Shown here: in pieces, positions 25,156 through 32,000 of the stretch | How the letters are laid out: each line of letters starts with the position of its first letter | Numbering within the stretch: the stretch's first letter is position 1 | NCBI RefSeq assembly: GCF_000196355.1 | Contig: NC_007614.1 | Location: forward strand, 2,730,001 to 2,762,000 | DNA from: Nitrosospira multiformis ATCC 25196 | Lineage (GTDB): Bacteria; Pseudomonadota; Gammaproteobacteria; Burkholderiales; Nitrosomonadaceae | Direction of reading: 5' to 3' | DNA: 32,000 bases | The notes under the pieces: model-generated | Database searches by the model: none | What the model saw: only the letters and a program-made list of their open reading frames with translations | What the model was told of the DNA's origin: nothing | Translations under genes and position numbers: made by a program

Positions 25156-25989
25156 TCATGGCTCGTTTGCCGAGACGCGAATGGAAGCTTCCGACCCTGC
25201 GCTTCTTTCCTTTTCCTGTACGCTCCCGCCAAGCTCCACTATCACGGGCGCATGGTCGGACGGCCTCTCCAGTCTGCGGGTAGCCTTATCTATGACACAA
25301 GCCGTGCACATGCCCGCAAGCTCACGGCTCAGCAGAATGTGGTCTATCCGCAAGCCCATGTTGCGGCGAAAAGCCATCATTCGATAATCCCACCAGGTAA
25401 ACGATTTCTCAGGCTGATCGAACAGACGAAAGCTGTCAATAAAGCCAAGATCGAGCACTTCACGAAAGGCCGCGCGCTCCAGCTCGCTGAACAGGACTTT
25501 TCCTTCCCATAACTTGCTGTCGTGCACATCGCAGTCTTCCGGGGCGATATTGAAGTCTCCCAGCACCACCAGCTTCCGGTGCCTGCTCAACATCTCGCGC
25601 AGCCATTCCCGCAACGCTGCAAGCCACCTCAACTTGTACTGATACTTCTCGGATGTAACATGCTCCCCATTGGGAACATAAATGCAAACGACGCAAACGT
25701 CGTCATGAACTCCCCCGAGAAGACGTTTTTGCGGATCCTCGAAGCCCGGCATGCCGGTAAAGACTTCGCTCACCGGCTGCCTGCTGAGCAGCGCGACGCC
25801 ATTGTATGTTTTCTGGCCGGAATAGATCGTCTGATAACCCGCAGCCGCAATCTCGCTTACGGGGAAATGCTCATCTTGCAGCTTGGTCTCCTGGAGACAC
25901 AACACGTCCGGCTGATTCAATGTCAGCCATTCCAGAACCTGCGGAAGGCGAACTTTAAGAGAATTTACGTTCCAGGTGGCTATCTTCAT
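25156..25989 (-). CDS. xth: Exodeoxyribonuclease III
   Basis: Characteristic segments are MKIATWNVNSLKVRLPQVLEWL..., LCLQETK, GDFNIAP and ...PSDHAPVIVEL. A tail of about 20 aa follows. Confidence 0.9.
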   Translation of the reverse strand: MKIATWNVNSLKVRLPQVLEWLTLNQPDVLCLQETKLQDEHFPVSEIAAAGYQTIYSGQKTYNGVALLSRQPVSEVFTGMPGFEDPQKRLLGGVHDDVCVVCIYVPNGEHVTSEKYQYKLRWLAALREWLREMLSRHRKLVVLGDFNIAPEDCDVHDSKLWEGKVLFSELERAAFREVLDLGFIDSFRLFDQPEKSFTWWDYRMMAFRRNMGLRIDHILLSRELAGMCTACVIDKATRRLERPSDHAPVIVELGGSVQEKERSAGSEASIRVSANEP

Positions 25990-26251
25990 GTTTTTTGCTC
26001 TGCTGCCGCTTGGGCTGAAGTATATCCATTATTCAAAATACTGAACAGTTATCAATTCGCCTTGTGATATCATGAAAACGTATTGCAACGCGGGTTCAAC
26101 GTTTCGGTATCGATTTCTGACGTGAATTCCGACCCTGTATCCGGATTTTCCGGCACTCGCAGCGCACTTCAGCTGGGGTTCGCTGACAGTGAGATGGGAC
26201 CGATATGTGGCTTATACATATCCCTCTCGATAGAATAAAGGCGTGGTGAAC

Positions 26252-26827
26252 ATGGATTCAAATGATTCAGAATTCGGAATCGGCGATTGGCAGCGACTGT
26301 TGCGCTCTCTCGGCGAAGACCCCAGCCGCCAGGGCCTGCGCGAAACGCCGGAGCGCGTGACACGCGCGTGGGCTCACTGGACGCGCGGGTACAAGCAGGA
26401 TCCGGCAGCGATCCTCAAGACGTTCGCGGACGGCGGCGAAAGCTACGACGAATTGATCGTAGTGAGACAGATACCCGTTTACTCGCACTGCGAACACCAC
26501 CTGGCTCCCTTTTTTGGCCACGCAACCATCGGGTATCTCCCCACGGGTCATATCGTCGGGTTGTCCAAACTGACGCGACTGGTTAACTGTTTTGCAGCTC
26601 GCCTGCAGGTACAGGAACGCCTGACTCAGCAGGTGGCACAATCCCTGCTGGAGCACCTGCAACCGAAGGCGGTCGGCGTCATTCTCCGCTGCCGCCACAT
26701 GTGCATGGAATCGAGGGGAATTGCCGTTGCCGGGGAAGAAACGGTAACGTCGGCCATGCTGGGCGACCTGAAAACGAATGCAGCGCAGCGTGCCGAGTTC
26801 CTGGCATTGGCCGAGTCGCACGAGTAA
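26252..26827 (+). CDS. folE: GTP cyclohydrolase I (FolE type 1)
   Basis: It has PVYSHCEHHLAPFFGHATIGYLP and RHMCMESRG (zinc-ligand Cys/His/Cys) and QVQERLTQQVA. The start could instead be GTG 26243 or 26246. Confidence 0.9.
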   Translation: MDSNDSEFGIGDWQRLLRSLGEDPSRQGLRETPERVTRAWAHWTRGYKQDPAAILKTFADGGESYDELIVVRQIPVYSHCEHHLAPFFGHATIGYLPTGHIVGLSKLTRLVNCFAARLQVQERLTQQVAQSLLEHLQPKAVGVILRCRHMCMESRGIAVAGEETVTSAMLGDLKTNAAQRAEFLALAESHE

Positions 26828-27021
26828 TCCAAGGAGTCGCTGAACACTTTTTCCGAAAAAAACACTCCGCTTCCCAGGTGTTGATTGGCATACTGGGATT
26901 CCCAGGGAGCGCCGCTCCAATACCCTGTCGGATATTCCGACGCAGTCACATTCCCTTCATTTTATTTTGTTATAAGCAGTCTGCATGATCCTCATGCCCC
27001 TTAACCGGAGTCCCGAAGCCT

Positions 27022-27915
27022 ATGGCATCAGCAAAATACCTCTCCATTTTTTCTCCCGCAACGAAGCAGCAAAGACGGGAAAACTTTGATAACTATTGGG
27101 AATTTACCCAGCAACATGGCGGACAATTCTTCGAGGATGACAAAGACCTGGAAAAAAAGCGCGCCAGACTCAAGCATTTTCGCGATCATCCAGTCACCTT
27201 GCGCCAGCCGCTTGCCAATCCTGAGGCGTTTTATCGTAATTATGTCGAGATGCAGGATGATCCTTCATCCCTGGATCGCACGACGCTAATGTTGACATGT
27301 ATCTACAAATTCGCAAGACATGAATGGGTAGGAATAAAGGCTGCCTGGGATGCCGTTCCCGCCATGGCCTCTTCATGCACGGTGGAAGATAAAATCAGCC
27401 GGGTGCATTTGGCGGAAGAGTTCTGCCATATACGGCTTTTTGATGAAATGTTGCGCACCTGTGGCCTTGATAGGGTGGAATGGGTACCTTTAGACCCGAT
27501 CAAGGAAAAGATTTACGAGCAGTTTCCTAAATTCCCGGAACTTTTGATGGCTCCTCCCGCTTTTGTGACTGAATTGATGGGAGTAACTTTTTATTGTCAT
27601 TTGTACCGACTGTTCGATGAGGTATTGGTCGAGGAACCCGAAGTTTGTCAGCGGCTAAAAGAACTGCTGGATGAAATTACCATTGATGAGGTAGCGCATG
27701 TAGGGCAGCGCAGAAATTTTATCGGACCGATAGGCATGAAAATATCGAAAGCACTGCTCAAGCCGTTTTATATATTGTTTTTTAATGATATCCCTGAAAT
27801 CAGGCAATTGCTCAATGTGAACCGGATGATCAAGGATGGTATTACCTTTGATTTTAATCAATTGCCCGCCCATATAATCCAGCGCAGCTGGGTTCCCTCA
27901 TACTGCAAAACCTGA
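27022..27915 (+). CDS. Hypothetical protein with a diiron-carboxylate-like ligand pattern (ferritin-like four-helix-bundle oxidase/oxygenase candidate)
   Basis: The pattern is E101 (ARHEW), E133-x-x-H136 (AEEFCH, nt 27418-27429), E184 (VTELMG) and E223-x-x-H226 (DEVAH, nt 27688-27699). The spacing resembles AurF and acyl-ACP-desaturase-type sites. The confidence given is for the CDS being real; the functional call is weaker (about 0.35). Confidence 0.6.
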   Translation: MASAKYLSIFSPATKQQRRENFDNYWEFTQQHGGQFFEDDKDLEKKRARLKHFRDHPVTLRQPLANPEAFYRNYVEMQDDPSSLDRTTLMLTCIYKFARHEWVGIKAAWDAVPAMASSCTVEDKISRVHLAEEFCHIRLFDEMLRTCGLDRVEWVPLDPIKEKIYEQFPKFPELLMAPPAFVTELMGVTFYCHLYRLFDEVLVEEPEVCQRLKELLDEITIDEVAHVGQRRNFIGPIGMKISKALLKPFYILFFNDIPEIRQLLNVNRMIKDGITFDFNQLPAHIIQRSWVPSYCKT

Positions 27916-28060
27916 AAACAGTAGTGGCAGGATGAGCCGGTATCCTGTCCCAGCACTATCCGCCCCCCACACATCGCTACCGCAAACTCTCACATTACTC
28001 AGGCACGGGACAAAATGAAAAAGGGCGTTCTGTTATGTAGTTGGATGCAGCGGTGATTGA

Positions 28061-29752
28061 TCAGTGACCGTCTGCTTCCCCGGCCGAAAGCAGCATCTCC
28101 GCAGCATGGCTACGAGTCGTATCTGTAATTTTCGTCCCCCCGAGCATGCGCGCAATTTCCTCGACCCGCTCCTGTCTGTCGAGCGCAACGATACGGCTTG
28201 TCACTTTTCCTCCACTTGCAGAATCAGCTGATTTGCTCACCCGCCATTGCTGATCTCCGGCGGATGCCACTTGCGCCAAGTGGGTGATGCACAACACCTG
28301 CCGCTCCCGGCCCAGCCTTTTCAGCAGGGTGCCGACGATTTCTGCCACCCGCCCGCCGATCCCTACATCCACCTCGTCAAAGATCAAGGTGGGAACCGTA
28401 CCGAGCTTGGCAGTAATCACGCTGATCGCCAGACCGATACGCGATAATTCCCCCCCTGATGCGACCTTTGCGAGGGGACGCAATGGCAGGGTCTTGTGGG
28501 CCGCAACCTGAAACTCGATCTGTTCCAGGCCGTGTAACGTTCCCTGCTCGAGAGGCAGCAATGCCGCGGAAAATTCACCCCCGGCCATCGCCAGCGTTTG
28601 CATTGCGGCCGTAACCTGTTGACTCAAGGTACTGGCAGCGCCTGACCTCTCGATAGTCAATTTTTTTGCAAGTTCACTATATTCACTGCTCGCAACGGCT
28701 TCTTCCCTTGCCAGGGATTCCCCATCTCCCTTATGCCCCAATGCTTGCAGCCGTTCGGTAAAGCCTTTCAACAGTTCAGGCAGTTCTTCCGGCGTCACCC
28801 GATATTTCCGTGCTGCGGTATGAATCTCCGCCAACCGTTCCTCGACCTCCGACAAGCGCTGCGGATCCAGTTCCAGCCGCTGCTGGTAGCGGCCCAGCTC
28901 ATACACCGCTTCCTGCAACTGGATCTGACCCGGTTCAAGCAAATCGAGAACCGCTTTCAGGGTCTGGTCGTAATCCACCATTTGATGCAACCGGGAAATC
29001 ACCGAGTTGATCTGCGAGAGGACTGCAAATTCACCCTCGGACAGCGCTTCGAGCCCTGCCTGCGCCGTCGCCAGCAGACTGGCGGCATTGGACAAGCGGC
29101 TGTGTTCGGCCTGCAGGCTTTCCCATTCATCATTCGAGAAATTCAGGGTCGAAAGCTCATTGACCTGCCACTCCAGTTCTTCACGCTCACGCACGAAAGC
29201 AGCTGCATTCTGCTCCCATGCCTCGCGCTGCTGCCGCGCTGTCTGCCACCGACGGTACGCTTCCGCCACTTGCCTCGCCAACGGCTTGCTTCCGGCATAG
29301 GAATCGAGCAACTCACGCTGCACTTCACTGCGCAACATGGACTGATGAACGTGCTGCCCCTGAATGTCTACGAGATTTTCCCCGATCGCCCGCAATTGTT
29401 GCAAAGTAGCGGAGTTTCCATTGATGAAACTGCGCGAGCGCCCACCTGCGTCCACCAACCTGCGCAGCAGGCAGACACCCTCTTCTTCCGTGTTTTCGAA
29501 TCCGTTTTCATGCAACCAGGCAATCACCTCGGGCAAGTCCGCTACCTCGAATCCCGCGCTGATTTCCGCCCGCTCGCAGCCGTTACGAACCGCACTCGCA
29601 TCGCTCCTCTCCCCCAGCACGAGTGAGAGTGCATCAATCAGAATGGATTTGCCGGCGCCGGTTTCCCCGGTAAGGACGGTAAAACCGGGAGCAAATTCCA
29701 GGTCTATCCTATCAACGATGACAAAATCGCGAATACCAAGAAACTTCAACAT
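28061..29752 (-). CDS. recN: DNA repair protein RecN
   Basis: It has MLKFLGIRDFVIVD..., Walker A GETGAGKS, a long coiled-coil centre, SGGELSRI and Walker B LIFDEVDVGIGG. Confidence 0.95.
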   Translation of the reverse strand: MLKFLGIRDFVIVDRIDLEFAPGFTVLTGETGAGKSILIDALSLVLGERSDASAVRNGCERAEISAGFEVADLPEVIAWLHENGFENTEEEGVCLLRRLVDAGGRSRSFINGNSATLQQLRAIGENLVDIQGQHVHQSMLRSEVQRELLDSYAGSKPLARQVAEAYRRWQTARQQREAWEQNAAAFVREREELEWQVNELSTLNFSNDEWESLQAEHSRLSNAASLLATAQAGLEALSEGEFAVLSQINSVISRLHQMVDYDQTLKAVLDLLEPGQIQLQEAVYELGRYQQRLELDPQRLSEVEERLAEIHTAARKYRVTPEELPELLKGFTERLQALGHKGDGESLAREEAVASSEYSELAKKLTIERSGAASTLSQQVTAAMQTLAMAGGEFSAALLPLEQGTLHGLEQIEFQVAAHKTLPLRPLAKVASGGELSRIGLAISVITAKLGTVPTLIFDEVDVGIGGRVAEIVGTLLKRLGRERQVLCITHLAQVASAGDQQWRVSKSADSASGGKVTSRIVALDRQERVEEIARMLGGTKITDTTRSHAAEMLLSAGEADGH

Positions 29753-29768
29753 AGAAACTCCACAGCGT

Positions 29769-30653
29769 TCAGGTCGGATTTCTGGGGAGACCGCTCCAAC
29801 CCAGTTTCTCCCGCAACATGCGGTAGTAACTATGGTCGGAAGGATGCAGCAACGTTACCCTATGAGGCGAGCGCCGAACCATTACCTTGTCGTTTTCCTC
29901 CAGGTCGAAATGAGAATGGCTGTCGAAATGAACACGTGCAACCGCTGTACGCTGCATCAGGATTTCCACCGCCGCATCCGGCCCGACAACGATCGGACGA
30001 TTACTCAATGTATGCGGACTGACCGGCACCAGCGCAACCAGATCGAGGCTCGGATGGAGTATGGGACCGCCTGCCGACAACGCATACGCCGTCGAGCCCG
30101 TTGGCGTGGCAACAATCAGGCCGTCGGAACGCAGCAAACAAACATATTCATCATTGATGCGCACTTCAAATTCGATCATGTTGCCGCCGATTCCCCGGTT
30201 GACAGCCACGTCGTTCAGCGCCAGACCACCGAAGGTGGTGACATTGCTGCGCGCCACCTCCGCGTAGAGCAGCATGCGCTGTTCCGTAATATATCGACCT
30301 TCGAGTATGGCACCAAGCGTTTGCTGCATGGTAACAATGGACAGGTCTGTAAGAAAGCCGAGGCGTCCCTGATTGATGCCGACCAGCGGCACATTGAAGG
30401 GCGCAAGCTTCCGCGCGATATTGAGCATGGTACCGTCCCCGCCCAGGACGATTGCGAGGTCGGCGCGGCTGCCAATCTCCTCCATGGCTACAGCTGGATA
30501 GCTGTCCTCATCCATGCTTGCAGCGGTGAGGTTGTCGAGCAGCACGGTCAGGTTCCGGCTTTGCAGATAGCGCGCCAAACTCGACAACGGTGTTACGATG
30601 CCGGGGTTCTTGTGCTTGCCTATCAGTGCTATTGTCTGGAAGGAAGAACTCAT
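29769..30653 (-). CDS. nadK: NAD kinase (294 aa)
   Basis: Motifs seen are VLGGDGTMLNIAR, INQGRLGFLTD and ATPTGSTAYALSAGGPI. Met at 30653 gives the canonical length. The 31-aa upstream extension of the track ORF is not supported. Confidence 0.9.
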   Translation of the reverse strand: MSSSFQTIALIGKHKNPGIVTPLSSLARYLQSRNLTVLLDNLTAASMDEDSYPAVAMEEIGSRADLAIVLGGDGTMLNIARKLAPFNVPLVGINQGRLGFLTDLSIVTMQQTLGAILEGRYITEQRMLLYAEVARSNVTTFGGLALNDVAVNRGIGGNMIEFEVRINDEYVCLLRSDGLIVATPTGSTAYALSAGGPILHPSLDLVALVPVSPHTLSNRPIVVGPDAAVEILMQRTAVARVHFDSHSHFDLEENDKVMVRRSPHRVTLLHPSDHSYYRMLREKLGWSGLPRNPT

Positions 30654-30907
30654 TCTATTGAATACCTTAGCTGCTTCTGCTATCTCCGAGCCGCGAAATG
30701 GCTCTTCTCCTGCCGAGATTAAACCATATCGGCAGGAAGGTGACAAAGGGTTCCCATGGAAGGATCGGCCTTCCCGCCGACTCTATCCTGCTCATGCCGC
30801 AAATCCTTATGGAATCTTTTCACTCGATTGAAGCTCAAAAGATGAGGTGCTGTTCCTTTTCGCGGGAACAGAAGGCTTAAAATGAAATCCTGGTGTAGAA
30901 TATCCGA

Positions 30908-31927
30908 ATGCTGAACAAACGCGCACAGATTTTGCTTAAGACCCTGGTGGAACGCTATATAAGCGAAGGCCAGCCGGTGGGGTCGCGCTCGCTCTCAAAA
31001 TTTTCCGGGCTGGACCTCAGCGCGGCCACGATTCGAAATGTAATGGCGGATCTCGAGGACATGGGCCTGGTTGCCAGCCCCCATGCCTCTGCCGGCCGCA
31101 TACCTACTCATCAGGGCTATCGCTTTTTTGTGGATACGCTGCTGGTGGTCAAACCTCTGGATGTCATCGAGATTCATCAATTGCAGGATCAACTCCATCC
31201 GGATAATCCTTCACGGTTGATCAACTCCGCCTCGCAATTGCTCGCCGAACTCACCCGCTTTGCCGGAGTAGTAGTCAGCCCCAAGCGCAATAGCGCCATA
31301 TTCCGTTATATAGAATTCATGTCGCTGTCGGAAAAACGCGTTCTGCTCATCATTGTCACCCCGGAAGGAGACGTTCAAAATCGCGTGCTTTTCACCGACA
31401 GGAATTACAGTCAGTCTGAACTGACGGAAGCGGCGAATTTCATCAACCACAATTATGCCGGTTGCGCCATTGATGAGATCCGCACCCGCCTGCAAAGTGA
31501 ACTCAAGCAGTTGCGCCAGGACATGACCTCGTTGATGACCGCCGCCATCGATGCGGGCGATGCGGCAATCAGAGAAAACAGCGAGGCTGTAATAGTGGCT
31601 GGTGAGCGCAAGCTTCTGGATGTGCAGGATTTATCCAGCAATATGGCAAGCCTGAAAAAGCTGTTCGACTTGTTCGAACGCAAGACCGCGTTGCTGCAGT
31701 TGCTGGAATTCAGCCGCAAGGCGGAAGGTGTGCAAATCTTTATCGGGGAAGAATGCGGAGTCGTCACCATGGATGAATTCAGCGTTGTTACGGCACCTTA
31801 CAGGGTGGATGGGAAAATGGTCGGTACGGTTGCCGTCATCGGCCCTACCCGGATGGCTTACGAGCGTGTCATTCCTGTCGTGGATATGACGGCAAGGCTG
31901 CTGTCGAGCGCATTGTCCCTGCATTAA
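30908..31927 (+). CDS. hrcA: Heat-inducible transcription repressor HrcA
   Basis: It begins [31 protein letters not shown]... and is 339 aa. It is divergent from nadK-recN. Confidence 0.9.
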   Translation: MLNKRAQILLKTLVERYISEGQPVGSRSLSKFSGLDLSAATIRNVMADLEDMGLVASPHASAGRIPTHQGYRFFVDTLLVVKPLDVIEIHQLQDQLHPDNPSRLINSASQLLAELTRFAGVVVSPKRNSAIFRYIEFMSLSEKRVLLIIVTPEGDVQNRVLFTDRNYSQSELTEAANFINHNYAGCAIDEIRTRLQSELKQLRQDMTSLMTAAIDAGDAAIRENSEAVIVAGERKLLDVQDLSSNMASLKKLFDLFERKTALLQLLEFSRKAEGVQIFIGEECGVVTMDEFSVVTAPYRVDGKMVGTVAVIGPTRMAYERVIPVVDMTARLLSSALSLH

Positions 31928-32000
31928 TTAAGAATCTTCGGAATCCTCCCGCCGTGATTTCCCCTGGGTCTGCTCTCCATCAGGACATATCCAGCCGGAC

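Noticed and set aside
25990-26242. Possibility of a THF/folE-motif riboswitch in the 253-bp region upstream of folE.
   Set aside because: I could not recognise the conserved hairpin or pseudoknot from memory. The region also has to house the divergent xth promoter. An Rfam/Infernal scan is needed before any claim.
30667-30693. A CIRCE-like left half-site TTAGCTGCT upstream of nadK/hrcA.
   Set aside because: The segment after the 9-nt spacer (TCCGAGCCG) does not match GAGTGCTAA, so there is no inverted repeat.
28733-30722. Long plus-strand ORFs (297 aa and 452 aa) opposite recN and nadK. The 217-aa ORF 26267..26920 opposite folE and the 193-aa ORF 15007..15588 opposite the SDR gene are of the same kind.
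   Set aside because: They are mirror-frame artefacts of well-supported genes on the other strand. Their composition is Arg/Pro/Ala/Gln-rich and low-complexity, and they have no motifs.

Overview
This is a 32-kb chromosomal window from a proteobacterium. The gene order (yjgA<>pmbA, recN-nadK<>hrcA) and moderate GC suggest a betaproteobacterium, but that is a guess I cannot prove here. The left half (545-15912) is an ABC-transporter-dependent (Wzm/Wzt) surface-polysaccharide locus. It encodes six glycosyltransferase-type modules in five proteins (three GT4, two GT2, one RgpF), two SAM methyltransferase domains and two SDR epimerase/reductase-like genes. An intact 1320-bp IS3-family (IS2-group) element interrupts it, with its 5-bp target duplication covering the start codon of a GT2 gene. 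A Fur-box-bearing hemP gene flanks the locus on the left and arfB on the right. The right half holds a receiver-only response regulator plus a polytopic histidine kinase, a carboxylesterase and a Tat-signal transglutaminase-like protein. It also holds yjgA<>pmbA, a 348-aa conserved protein of unknown function, a LuxR-type regulator with no LuxI in the window, xth, folE, a putative diiron-carboxylate protein, recN-nadK and hrcA. I saw no rRNA, tRNA, CRISPR array, prophage or recognisable defence/toxin system. The items most worth follow-up are listed here. (1) A 996/999-aa WbdD-like methyltransferase / kinase-like / coiled-coil protein is fused to a GT4 domain, and Wzt carries a C-terminal extension. 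(2) The IS sits at the GT2 start codon. (3) The LuxR solo lies behind a 462-bp leader carrying AGCG(G/A)GAA direct repeats. (4) An unannotated E...ExxH...E...ExxH protein sits next to folE. All functional calls come from motif reading and remembered family knowledge; no database search was possible.
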